From: Spirochaetia bacterium
GTDB lineage: Bacteria > Spirochaetota > Spirochaetia > Treponematales > UBA12059
Direction: 5' to 3'
Assembly: GCA_034003955.1 (NCBI GenBank)
Contig: JAVEXO010000004.1
Coordinates: forward strand, 4,426 to 68,425
DNA length: 64,000 bases
Shown in pieces: positions 55,792-64,000 of this stretch. The position numbers and the translations under genes are program-made. The notes below the pieces were generated by a model, which saw only the letters and a list, made by a program, of their open reading frames with translations, did not search any database and was not told the DNA's origin. How positions within the stretch are numbered: the stretch's first letter is position 1; every line of letters begins with the position of its first letter.

Positions 55792-56268
55792 TCAAATTCT
55801 GTAGCGTTCTAGAGCCTTGGCTATAACGGGTGGAACCATGCCGCTTATGTCTCCACCAAAGGAAGCCAATTCCTTTATGGCACTGGAACGCAGGACGAAG
55901 TACTTCTGGTCTGTAGGCATGAAGAATGTCTCTATCTCGGGTCCGACTCCCTTGTTGAGGATAGACAATTCAAATTCATATGAGAAATCCTGGACGCTCC
56001 TCACGCCACGCAAGAGCACCCTGCACGCATGCTTGCGTGCAAATTCGACGACGAGTGTGTCGCAGAGGTGCACCTCGACATTGGGCCATGGAGCCACAAG
56101 CTCCCTCATGAATGCCATGCGCTCCTCCGAGTCGAAGAGGTAGCTCTTGTCTCTGTTGACGGCAACGACGACGAGTACACGCTCGAAGATGCTCCTGGCG
56201 CGCTCTATGATATTGAGGTGCCCATACGTCGGTGGATCGAAAGATCCAGGAAAAACAGCCTTTACCAT
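55792..56268 (-). CDS. coaD: Phosphopantetheine adenylyltransferase
   Basis: '[15 protein letters not shown]' (HxGH-type motif) and 'LRGVR'. The start is most likely the ATG at 56268. Confidence 0.9.
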   Translation of the reverse strand: MVKAVFPGSFDPPTYGHLNIIERARSIFERVLVVVAVNRDKSYLFDSEERMAFMRELVAPWPNVEVHLCDTLVVEFARKHACRVLLRGVRSVQDFSYEFELSILNKGVGPEIETFFMPTDQKYFVLRSSAIKELASFGGDISGMVPPVIAKALERYRI

Positions 56269-56355
56269 AACCAGAAACATAGACTCCGCCAGCTTTAGGC
56301 GTCAAGCCATTTGCTATGGCGTCACAAGCGGGCGGCGTGTATCATTGTTCTCTAT

Positions 56356-57975
56356 ATGAGAATGCCGAGGCTCGTCGTCCTAGCAGCTCTTTCAAGCCTC
56401 CTCCTTGCCTTGTCACTGCCAAATGACTTCTTTCCCTGGGGTAATCCAGCCATAGGTCTCATCGCTCTTGCTCCATTGTATGTTGCCCTGTCGTATGCAC
56501 TATCGTATCGCTGTGCCTATGCTATAGGAGCCATATTCGGTGGCCTGGCCCATGGTCTGGCCAGTTACTGGCTATGGTTTTTTAATGATTTTAGACTATG
56601 GACCCTCGGTTCTACCGTCGTGGCGTACATGATCGTGTATGGCTTTTTAGGTATGTATCTCTATGGAGCCATAAGGCGAGCAGGTATCGCGCGCTCGCTC
56701 GTGTTTGCCATGGTATGGGCCGTGTTCGAGTGGGCAAAGTCATCGGGTTTCCTGGGATATCCCTGGGGGCTCCTGGCCTATAGCTGGAGTACCATAGCAC
56801 AGGCCACGCAGATTGCTGAATCTACAGGCGTCTATGGTCTGTCATTTTCAATAGCATTCGTGTCATCATCACTCGCCGGCATCATCGTGGCTGTCTGGCC
56901 GGCTCATAAGAATTATACAGGCCATCTGGTTATGACTGGCATCCAGCCCAGGGAATACCGTTTTCTGGCTACAGGACCGACAGTCGTTTCTATCATACTA
57001 TTCCTTGCAATCCTTGCCTACGGATCAATATCGCTTGATAAGCAGCGTACGCCTCGAGGGCATTTAAATGCCGTGCTCGTACAGCAGAATGAAGATCCAT
57101 GGGAGGGTACAGAGTCTGAAAGCCTGTCGGTTTCTATCGCCCTGGCCAGGGAGGCAATTGCAGGCTCATCTCTTGTGCCCGATATAATCTTGTTTAGCGA
57201 GTCGACGCTCAGACGCCCTTGGGAGGGCTTTGAACACTTCTATGAACAGACACCTAAAACCTACTCACTTATGGCCTTCATAATCGATAGTGGAGCCTAT
57301 CTGTTTACGGGTGCCCCAGAGATACTGTCCTATGAGCCCTTTGAGGCCAGCAATGCAGTCATTTTGATAGACAATACGGGAGCACAGCTGGATACCTATG
57401 CCAAGATGCATCCGGTGCCATTCGCAGAAGCCATACCATTTTGGGAGTATCAGGCCTTCAGGTCATTCATCCAGAACGTCGTTGGTCTTGAGTCAGGCTG
57501 GGTGATGGGTACACAGAGGGTGTTGTTTGATATGACAACAAGAGGCTCTGCTCTGGTGCGTTTCGCCGCTCCCATATGTTTTGAGGATGCCTTTGCCCCC
57601 TTATGCCGTCAATTCGTGCTCGATGGTGCAGAGATTCTAGTCAATCTTTCAAACGACTCGTGGTCCAAGAGGGATTCTGCGGCGATCCAGCACCTGGTGG
57701 CAGCCCGATTCAGGGCCATAGAGCTCAGGCGAACCCTCGTTAGATCCACCAATGGCGGTTTGAGTGCCGTCATTGGCCCGGACGGGCGAATCCTCGATGC
57801 CTTGCCTCTGTTCGAAGCCACGGCAAGGGTGGTATCTGTCCCAGTATACTCGGATGAGAATACTCCATACTTGCGGCATGGAGACTGGTTCGTGATCATT
57901 TTGGCCTGTATTCTGGCTGGCTTAGGCATTATACTGTTCTTAAAAGACGCGTTTCCAAAGGAGGAGCAGGCATGA
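56356..57975 (+). CDS. lnt: Apolipoprotein N-acyltransferase
   Basis: Multi-TM N-terminal half. CN-hydrolase domain with 'ILFSESTL' (Glu), 'YAKMHPVPF' (Lys) and 'PICFEDAF' (Cys). ATG at 56356 (the ORF-track TTG is at 56311). Confidence 0.85.
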   Translation: MRMPRLVVLAALSSLLLALSLPNDFFPWGNPAIGLIALAPLYVALSYALSYRCAYAIGAIFGGLAHGLASYWLWFFNDFRLWTLGSTVVAYMIVYGFLGMYLYGAIRRAGIARSLVFAMVWAVFEWAKSSGFLGYPWGLLAYSWSTIAQATQIAESTGVYGLSFSIAFVSSSLAGIIVAVWPAHKNYTGHLVMTGIQPREYRFLATGPTVVSIILFLAILAYGSISLDKQRTPRGHLNAVLVQQNEDPWEGTESESLSVSIALAREAIAGSSLVPDIILFSESTLRRPWEGFEHFYEQTPKTYSLMAFIIDSGAYLFTGAPEILSYEPFEASNAVILIDNTGAQLDTYAKMHPVPFAEAIPFWEYQAFRSFIQNVVGLESGWVMGTQRVLFDMTTRGSALVRFAAPICFEDAFAPLCRQFVLDGAEILVNLSNDSWSKRDSAAIQHLVAARFRAIELRRTLVRSTNGGLSAVIGPDGRILDALPLFEATARVVSVPVYSDENTPYLRHGDWFVIILACILAGLGIILFLKDAFPKEEQA

Positions 57976-58346
57976 GCGTTAGAGAGTACCTTTCTGGTCA
58001 ATTCTACGAAATTCAGGCGTACAGAAGCGAGCCACCACAGGATGCCTTGGCCTTCACCGGAGCTCCCCGCAAGCATCCATACGATGACGGAAAGATAATT
58101 CTCTTATCAGAGCCTCAGGACGGCGTTTCGGCCATCTATGAATTCAAGGCTTCAGACATCGTAGGTGCCCAAGACCTTCCAAGCCCGGTCACCGTCGCAG
58201 GGGAGAGCTACAGGATAGTGAAGCTATGGGTACGTCGAGGCGCGGTAGGCTTGTGTTATGAGCCTTTCGAGGTCGATAGCCCCCTTAGGTTCCTCCATGA
58301 GCCACACGTTCTCAAGGAGAGTGTCTTCGGCCGGCACAGGGGCTGA
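57972..58346 (+). CDS. Hypothetical 124-aa protein, translationally coupled between lnt and the radical SAM gene
   Basis: ATGA overlap with the lnt stop. The stop lies 2 nt before the next start. No motif recognised. Confidence 0.55.
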   Translation: MSVREYLSGQFYEIQAYRSEPPQDALAFTGAPRKHPYDDGKIILLSEPQDGVSAIYEFKASDIVGAQDLPSPVTVAGESYRIVKLWVRRGAVGLCYEPFEVDSPLRFLHEPHVLKESVFGRHRG

Positions 58347-58348
58347 TT

Positions 58349-59368
58349 GTGTCCCCTCCAGACATGGATACTCCAGCCGCTCCTCAAGCGCGCTACTATA
58401 GTTCCCTGTCTGATGGCTCATTGGAGTGTACCCTGTGCCCTCATCGATGCCGTCTGGCTCAGGGTACAATCGGTATATGCGGCGTCAGGAAAAACGATGG
58501 AGGTAGACTTACACTACCGTACTATGGCCTGGCCAGTGCGCTGTCTGTCGATCCAGTAGAAAAGAAACCCCTCTATCATTTCATGCCAGGCAGCATGGTG
58601 TACTCGGTAGGCTATGTCGGCTGCAACCTGCATTGCCCCTTCTGTCAGAATTTTTCTATTTCACAGTCCACAGAAGCCGAGGGAGTATTCCTGGACCCAG
58701 AGGCCCTGATCAGCGAGGCAAAGCGCCTGGCTTGCCCGGCGATTGCCCATACCTATTCCGAACCAATTGTTCACGCCGAGTTCGTCGAGGAAAGCATGCG
58801 TCTAGCAAGGACGGCTGGTCTTAAAAGCATCCTGGTCACCAACGCTTGCGCCTCCGCTGAAGTGGCTACGAATCTGCTGTCTCGTTGTGACGCCGTCAAT
58901 GTAGACCTGAAGGCCTGGGACCCCGGGTTCTACACACGTGAACTGGGAGGAGAAATTGATGCCGTTTTGAACTTCATCCGCAGCGCCCATGACAAGGGTG
59001 TTCACCTGGAGGTGACGACCCTTGTCATCCCCGGTAAGAACGACACGGTTTCCCAGATAGAAGGGATCGCGTCTTTTTTAGCATCCTTGTCACGAGATAT
59101 ACCACTGCACCTTTCGGCATATAGACCCATGTATAGATATAACACCCCGGCTACCAGCCCTGAAAGTATACACCACCTTGTCGAAAGGGCACGGAAACAA
59201 CTACGGTATGTGTACTCAGGCAATGTGCCTGGTGAGGTAGATGTGACACTTTGCAGCTCATGTGGAGCCAGCCTGGTGTCTAGACATGCCTATGCCGTAG
59301 ATTCCAGCGGGCTTTCTGGAAACTTGTGTTCAGCCTGTGGGGCACAAAGTCCCATACGTATGTTTTGA
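58349..59368 (+). CDS. amrS: AmmeMemoRadiSam-system radical SAM enzyme (AmrS; PFL-activase-like)
   Basis: N-terminal 'CTLCPHRCRL..G..GICGVR', 'DPVEKKPLYHF' and the radical SAM 'GCNLHCPFCQN'. C-terminal 'CSSCG...CSACG'. The start is GTG 58349 or ATG 58364. Confidence 0.8.
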   Translation: MSPPDMDTPAAPQARYYSSLSDGSLECTLCPHRCRLAQGTIGICGVRKNDGGRLTLPYYGLASALSVDPVEKKPLYHFMPGSMVYSVGYVGCNLHCPFCQNFSISQSTEAEGVFLDPEALISEAKRLACPAIAHTYSEPIVHAEFVEESMRLARTAGLKSILVTNACASAEVATNLLSRCDAVNVDLKAWDPGFYTRELGGEIDAVLNFIRSAHDKGVHLEVTTLVIPGKNDTVSQIEGIASFLASLSRDIPLHLSAYRPMYRYNTPATSPESIHHLVERARKQLRYVYSGNVPGEVDVTLCSSCGASLVSRHAYAVDSSGLSGNLCSACGAQSPIRMF

Positions 59369-59439
59369 AAGAACGATTTAAAAAAAATCCTATTGACTTT
59401 TTATATCACTTTTGGCATTGTAGCTCTCGCCTAGCGCAC

Positions 59440-59512
59440 GGTGGATGTAGCTCAGCGGTAGAGTCCCAGAATGTGGATCTGGATGTCGCGGGTTCGACAC
59501 CCGTCATCCACC
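59440..59512 (+). tRNA. tRNA-His (anticodon GTG) with an encoded G-1
   Basis: Folded by hand. Acceptor GTGGATG/CATCCAC preceded by an extra G. Anticodon arm CCAGA-ATGTGGA-TCTGG. T-arm GCGGG-TTCGACA-CCCGT. Confidence 0.9.
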
Positions 59513-59554
59513 CTTGTACGTTCGAAGCCGGTACTAGGGACCGATCGGCGTCGG

Positions 59555-59628
59555 GCGTTCGTAGCTCAGCTGGATAGAGCGACGGACTTCGAATCCGTAG
59601 GTCGGGGGTTCGACTCCCTCCGGACGCA
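59555..59628 (+). tRNA. tRNA-Arg (anticodon TCG)
   Basis: Acceptor GCGTTCG/CGGACGC. Anticodon arm ACGGA-CTTCGAA-TCCGT. T-loop TTCGACT. Confidence 0.9.
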
Positions 59629-59649
59629 GTTTTGTTTTTTTGTGTACCA

Positions 59650-59722
59650 GGGCCGTTAGCTCAGCTGGTAGAGCAGCAGACTCTTAATCTGCGGGTCGCA
59701 GGTTCGATCCCTGCACGGCTCA
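59650..59722 (+). tRNA. tRNA-Lys (anticodon CTT)
   Basis: Acceptor GGGCCGT/ACGGCTC. Anticodon arm GCAGA-CTCTTAA-TCTGC. T-arm GCAGG-TTCGATC-CCTGC. Confidence 0.9.
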
Positions 59723-59810
59723 GTAAGGCTCCTTCACGAGTGATCGTTATGGAGCTTGCCCTTGACAAGGGTTGCCGATTTCAGGTATTTTTCGGTGCCC
59801 CTGGCCCCGA

Positions 59811-59892
59811 GCGAGAGTGGTGGAATTGGCAGACACGCCAGACTTAGGATCTGGTGCCTTGCGGCATGAGGGTTCAAGTCCCTTCTCTCGCA
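59811..59892 (+). tRNA. tRNA-Leu (anticodon TAG), class II with a long variable arm
   Basis: Acceptor GCGAGAG/CTCTCGC. Anticodon arm CCAGA-CTTAGGA-TCTGG. Variable arm GTGCCTTGCGGCAT. T-loop TTCAAGT. Confidence 0.9.
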
Positions 59893-59936
59893 CTAGCTCG
59901 GATGTACCGAACATCGGCGATTGAAGGAACCGTATT

Positions 59937-60008
59937 GCGGGAATAGCTCAGTGGTAGAGCGCCACCTTGCCAAGGTGGATGTCGCGGGTCCGACTCCCGT
60001 TTCCCGCT
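59937..60008 (+). tRNA. tRNA-Gly (anticodon GCC) with an atypical T-loop
   Basis: Acceptor GCGGGAA/TTCCCGC. Anticodon arm CCACC-TTGCCAA-GGTGG. T-arm GCGGG-TCCGACT-CCCGT, so position 55 is C rather than the near-universal T/U. Confidence 0.8.
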
Positions 60009-60017
60009 CGAAGCGAA

Positions 60018-60053
60018 GGCGGTCCGGAAATTACCCGGATCGCCTTTTTTTTT
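60018..60053 (+). terminator. Rho-independent terminator after the tRNA cluster
   Basis: GGCGGTCCGG-AAATTAC-CCGGATCGCC (one G-U pair) followed by T9. Confidence 0.8.
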
Positions 60054-60168
60054 ATTCGATGACGTCAGCGATACTCTCGCGTATCACTGACGAAAGAGTA
60101 TACGCATGTACGGGCCGCATACCCATGTACGGGCCGTGCACCGGTCCGTTAAAGCAAGGAGTAGTCAC

Positions 60169-61527
60169 GTGGTCGTTACAAAGAATATTGAAAAGCTAGA
60201 GCACTCTGCCGCCAGGCTCACTGTTACCGTCAGCAAGGATGATGTACGTGCCGCCTATGATGGGCTCATCAAAGAATACGCCAAAGACGCCAGAGTTGAC
60301 GGCTTCAGGAAAGGCAAGGTTCCCGCGACCATTTTAGAGCGCAAGTTCGGCCCTCAGCTCAAGCTGGATGCCATGGGCAGGGTCATGGACCAAGCCGTTG
60401 AGGCTGCGCTTGAAGGAGAAACCCTCCTGCCTCTCTCCTATGCCCAGCCTGCCCTGGATGGACAACCCGAGTTTGAACTAGGCTCCGATTTTTCCTTCTC
60501 GGTTACCTATGATGTATTCCCCGATGTTGTACCTGGTACCTTGGATGGCGTGGAGATTGAGCTGCCACAGGTGGCTGTCGCCAAGGCCGACGAGGACAGG
60601 GAGCTGGAAGAAATACGGGAACGCAACGCCATAGTCATGGACAAGGAAGACAAGGTTGCCGCCAAGAAGGGTGATATTGCCACCGTCAACTATTCTGAAC
60701 TCGATGAAAACGATCAGCTTGTAGAAGGTTCAGAGCGTCAGGATTTCGTCTTTGAAATAGGTTCTGGCCACAACCTCTATAAATTCGATGACGAGTGTAT
60801 AGGCCTCAAGAAGGGTGGGCAGAAGGTCTTTGAAAAGACATTCCCTGCCGACTTCGAGTACTCAGAGTTTGCCGGAATGACAAAAAAAATAAAGGTAGAG
60901 TTAACAAAGCTAAAGGAAAAGAAGCTTCCAGCCTTGGACGATGAGCTGGCTCAGGATGTGTCTGAGAAATTCGCTACGCTTGCCGACCTCAAGGCAGACA
61001 TCAAGGCCAAGCTGGACAAGCGTCTGGAAGACAGGCTTAGGTCTCTGCGGGAAAAAGCGATAATCGATGCCCTCGTCGAATCATCAAGCGTAGACGCTCC
61101 AGCCTCAATGATAGGCGCCGAGCTGGAGATGCGCCTTAGAAACCTCATGCAGCGTATGGGTATAGAAAACGAAGAGAAGCTTGCCCAGATAGTGAGCATG
61201 AGCGGCCGCTCTATTGACCAGTTGCGGGAAGAGTGGCGTCCAGAAGCCGAGAAGGCCATCAAGACACGCCTTGTGATGGATAAACTCGTAGCAGCAGGCG
61301 CCTATGAGGCCAGCGAAGAAGACATCGCCACCGAATACAGCAAGATGGCTTCTGAATCAAGCCTTTCAGTCGAAGAGGTCAAGGCAGAATACGAACGACG
61401 CGGTATGGTAGAATACCTTACCGACAGGATCAAGGAAGACAAACTCCTTGCCGATCTTGAGAAGAAGGTCAAGGTAAAAAAAGGCAAGAAGATAGCGTTC
61501 GTGGACTTGTTCAAGGAAAATGAGTAA
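60169..61527 (+). CDS. tig: Trigger factor
   Basis: The GTG at 60169 lies 7 nt after AAGGAG (60156-60161). 'FRKGKVP' ribosome-binding-domain motif. FKBP-like middle domain. Conserved tig-clpP-clpX-lon order. Confidence 0.9.
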   Translation: MVVTKNIEKLEHSAARLTVTVSKDDVRAAYDGLIKEYAKDARVDGFRKGKVPATILERKFGPQLKLDAMGRVMDQAVEAALEGETLLPLSYAQPALDGQPEFELGSDFSFSVTYDVFPDVVPGTLDGVEIELPQVAVAKADEDRELEEIRERNAIVMDKEDKVAAKKGDIATVNYSELDENDQLVEGSERQDFVFEIGSGHNLYKFDDECIGLKKGGQKVFEKTFPADFEYSEFAGMTKKIKVELTKLKEKKLPALDDELAQDVSEKFATLADLKADIKAKLDKRLEDRLRSLREKAIIDALVESSSVDAPASMIGAELEMRLRNLMQRMGIENEEKLAQIVSMSGRSIDQLREEWRPEAEKAIKTRLVMDKLVAAGAYEASEEDIATEYSKMASESSLSVEEVKAEYERRGMVEYLTDRIKEDKLLADLEKKVKVKKGKKIAFVDLFKENE

Positions 61528-61547
61528 TTTTGTCTACGAGGTACACC

Positions 61548-62168
61548 ATGATAGAGAAAATGCATAACCTCGTCCCGGTAGTAATAGAACAGACCGGTAT
61601 TGGCGAGAGATCCTACGATATATACTCAAGACTATTAAAAGATAGAATAGTGTTCGTAGACGGTGAGATTAATGACCTGACGGCAGACTTAGTAGTAGCC
61701 CAGCTCTTGTTTCTGGCTTCACAGGATTCAGAGAAGGATATAGATCTGTATATCAATTCTCCGGGGGGATCCGTCACCGCAGGTTTGGCCATCTACGACA
61801 CGATGCAGATAGTGCAACCAGACGTAAAGACTATTTGCGTTGGTCAGGCTTCCAGCATGGGAGCCCTTCTTCTGGCAGGAGGAGCCGCCGGCAAACGCAT
61901 GGCGCTTCCCAGTTCCCGCATACTCATACACCAACCCTGGGGCGGCGTACAGGGCCAGGCTTCAGACATAAGCATCCAGGCGCGCGAGATCATCAGGATG
62001 AAGCGCATGACCGTAGAGTACTTCGCCGAGCATACCGGAAAGACCATTGAGCGCGTGGCACAGGATATGGAAAGAGATTTATTCATGTCGGCTGCTGAAG
62101 CGGTAGAATATGGTCTTGTCGACAAGATTCTCGAACGGAGGAAGCATGGCCCGGTCGAAAACAAATAA
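61548..62168 (+). CDS. clpP: ATP-dependent Clp protease proteolytic subunit ClpP
   Basis: '[15 protein letters not shown]', '[18 protein letters not shown]' and '[11 protein letters not shown]' (catalytic Ser), plus 'IHQP'. Confidence 0.95.
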   Translation: MIEKMHNLVPVVIEQTGIGERSYDIYSRLLKDRIVFVDGEINDLTADLVVAQLLFLASQDSEKDIDLYINSPGGSVTAGLAIYDTMQIVQPDVKTICVGQASSMGALLLAGGAAGKRMALPSSRILIHQPWGGVQGQASDISIQAREIIRMKRMTVEYFAEHTGKTIERVAQDMERDLFMSAAEAVEYGLVDKILERRKHGPVENK

Positions 62169-63405
62169 GGGTTCAGACGGAGAAGAATTACACGAGTGTT
62201 CTTTCTGCGGTAAGTCGTCAGAATTTGCCAAGCGTCTCATAGCCGGTCCTGGTGTCTATATATGTGATGAATGTATACAGGTCTGCAATAGGATACTGTC
62301 GGAGGATGAGAGCGTCGCCTCTGCCGACTTCTCAAGCGATGTTCCCAAGCCAAAGGAAATAAAAGAATATCTTGATCAATTCGTAATTGGCCAGGAATAT
62401 GCCAAGAAGGTTTTGTCTGTTGCCGTCTACAACCATTACAAACGCATATCAAAGTGCAGTACGATAGCAGACGGCATTGAGCTTGAGAAATCAAACGTGC
62501 TGATGATGGGGCCTACCGGTACCGGCAAGACACTCCTTGCCAGGACTCTGGCCAAGAAGCTCAATGTACCATTTGCCATAGCCGACGCAACGACCCTTAC
62601 GGAGGCTGGATACGTGGGTGAGGACGTTGAGAATATCCTTCTTAAGCTAATCCAGAACGCCGGAGGCAATGTAGCCCTCGCCGAGAAGGGTATCATCTAT
62701 ATTGACGAGATCGACAAGATAGCACGTAGAACGCAAAACGTTTCTATAACACGTGATGTTTCGGGTGAAGGCGTGCAGCAGGCTCTGCTCAAGATCATTG
62801 AGGGCACGGTTGCCAATGTTCCTCCCCTTGGGGGACGAAAGCACCCTCAGCAGGAATACATACGCATCAATACGACTAACATCCTGTTTATATGCGGTGG
62901 AGCCTTCGTAGGCCTGGACAAGACCATAGAGAGTCGTATAGCCAAGGCTGCCCTGGGTTTTGGCGCCGAGGTTCAGCCCAAGACAAAGATTGGGGTCAGG
63001 GAGCTGTTCGCCAACATACATCCCGATGACCTGGTTAAATTCGGCATGATTCCAGAGTTCGTAGGCCGTATTCCAATCCAGGTGGCTTTAGACACCTTGG
63101 AAGCCGAAGACTTAAAGCGCATCATAACCGAGCCCAAGAACTCAATTCTAAAGCAGTACCAGGAAAGCTTTAGGATGGACGGAGCCGAACTGTATTTTGC
63201 GCCAGAGGCCATAGATGCCATAGCAGAACAGGCTATAGCTCGTAATACGGGTGCGCGCGGTCTTCGTTCCATTGTAGAGAATCTTCTTGTAGAGGTTATG
63301 TTCGATATACCAAGCGATTCAGAGAACAAGCGGGTTGTCATCAATCGCGACACTGTTGAATCAAAGCTTCCACCCATCGTCGAAGGTTTGAAGAAGAGCG
63401 CATGA
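62146..63405 (+). CDS. clpX: ATP-dependent Clp protease ATP-binding subunit ClpX
   Basis: Zinc finger 'CSFCGK...CDEC', Walker A '[11 protein letters not shown]', '[10 protein letters not shown]' and 'GARGLRSI'. The ATG at 62146 is preceded by GGAGGA. Confidence 0.95.
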   Translation: MARSKTNKGSDGEELHECSFCGKSSEFAKRLIAGPGVYICDECIQVCNRILSEDESVASADFSSDVPKPKEIKEYLDQFVIGQEYAKKVLSVAVYNHYKRISKCSTIADGIELEKSNVLMMGPTGTGKTLLARTLAKKLNVPFAIADATTLTEAGYVGEDVENILLKLIQNAGGNVALAEKGIIYIDEIDKIARRTQNVSITRDVSGEGVQQALLKIIEGTVANVPPLGGRKHPQQEYIRINTTNILFICGGAFVGLDKTIESRIAKAALGFGAEVQPKTKIGVRELFANIHPDDLVKFGMIPEFVGRIPIQVALDTLEAEDLKRIITEPKNSILKQYQESFRMDGAELYFAPEAIDAIAEQAIARNTGARGLRSIVENLLVEVMFDIPSDSENKRVVINRDTVESKLPPIVEGLKKSA

Positions 63406-64000
63406 GCATTCTGGATTCCTTGCGTCCCAAAGGGGACGTTACGGAAGTTCCACTCGTATACGTTCGGGATACGGTAGTTTTTCCGCATACCATTGCGCCT
63501 GTATTGGCCGCCACCAAATTCTGTGTGGCGGCCTCTGATATTGCAGGCAAGGGTGACAAGAAAATATTCATATCCTTGCTTCGCAACATCCCCGCCGATG
63601 GAGCCAACGACATAGATGTACACGAGATAGGTACCCTGGCTCACGTGCTGCAAGCCGTCAAGCTTGCGGATGGATCCATACGCTTGCTCGTAGAAGGCCA
63701 GTGCCGTGCCCGTATAAAGAGAACGGCTTTTCGCAAGGAATACCTTGGTGCCATCATTGAGCGTATCAATGATGAAGTAGAAATTCCCGGCGATGATATG
63801 GAAATAGGGGCCCTCGTCCAGGTTATAAAGCGAGACTTCAGTAGCTATGCTGAACTCTTGAAGAAAATTCCTAGTGAGACAATGCATACCGTCCAGCGTT
63901 CCGAGGATCCTCACAGGCTATGCGATACCGTCGCAAATGCCATGGGCCTCAAGGTAGAACGCAAGCAGGAGCTCCTGTCCGTCATCCCTGTAAAGGAAAG
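63402..64000 (+). CDS. lon: Lon protease, N-terminal fragment (runs off the 3' window edge)
   Basis: I translated this by hand because it is absent from the ORF track (no stop in the window). ATG overlaps the clpX stop (ATGA). '[14 protein letters not shown]' and '[30 protein letters not shown]' match the Lon N-domain. Confidence 0.85.
   Translation, partial: MSILDSLRPKGDVTEVPLVYVRDTVVFPHTIAPVLAATKFCVAASDIAGKGDKKIFISLLRNIPADGANDIDVHEIGTLAHVLQAVKLADGSIRLLVEGQCRARIKRTAFRKEYLGAIIERINDEVEIPGDDMEIGALVQVIKRDFSSYAELLKKIPSETMHTVQRSEDPHRLCDTVANAMGLKVERKQELLSVIPVKE

Noticed and set aside
59369-60060. tRNA cluster as an integration hotspot or genomic-island boundary
   Set aside because: There is no integrase, direct repeat of a tRNA 3' end, or compositional shift downstream. 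The next genes are the conserved tig-clpP-clpX-lon set.
62973-63914. 313-aa minus-strand ORF spanning the clpX/lon junction
   Set aside because: The plus strand here encodes unmistakable ClpX C-terminal and Lon N-terminal sequences. The antisense ORF has no recognisable motif and crosses a gene boundary.

Overview
This window is compact, with genes on both strands, and is mostly core housekeeping. Gene content and order suggest a spirochete-like (Treponema/Spirochaeta-type) chromosome, but that is a low-confidence inference. All calls rest on motif recall because no searches could be run.

Genes I recognise:
- Cell envelope and division: PBP1A, an FtsB-like protein, two lepB copies, murI, lnt.
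- Central metabolism: gap-pgk-tpiA-secG, glgC, pdxY, coaD, acpP.
- Protein and RNA maintenance: nusB, map, htrA, rlmN, rsmD, smpB, rsgA, cca, rnc, rpmF, queA.
- DNA repair and recombination: an MrfA/MrfB-like helicase plus exonuclease pair, mutS2, yebC-ruvC-ruvA-ruvB.
- A His-Arg-Lys-Leu-Gly tRNA cluster followed by tig-clpP-clpX-lon.

I saw no CRISPR array, transposase, integrase or prophage.

The less ordinary content:
1. Two tandem Maf/DUF115 paralogues with an unknown 244-aa partner and a 763-aa extremely acidic protein (414-6792). An A11/T11 tract lies in their intergenic region, and an unlinked NeuB-like synthase sits at 47.4 kb.
2. A minimal 130-aa protein containing only the ParB N-terminal domain, next to PBP1A.
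3. A candidate minus-strand sRNA or leader upstream of PBP1A, with a hairpin whose loop is C-rich, followed by an intrinsic terminator.
4. A secreted 1007-aa beta-helix protein translationally coupled to a phosphoribosyltransferase.
5. A possible unannotated 55-aa ORF in a 345-nt gap.
6. A pentapeptide-repeat/MBL/DUF2147/zinc-ribbon cluster.
7. An lnt, 124-aa ORF and AmmeMemoRadiSam radical-SAM operon without AMMECR1 or Memo partners in view.
8. A tRNA-Gly with a non-canonical T-loop.

None of these is demonstrably a new system from sequence alone.
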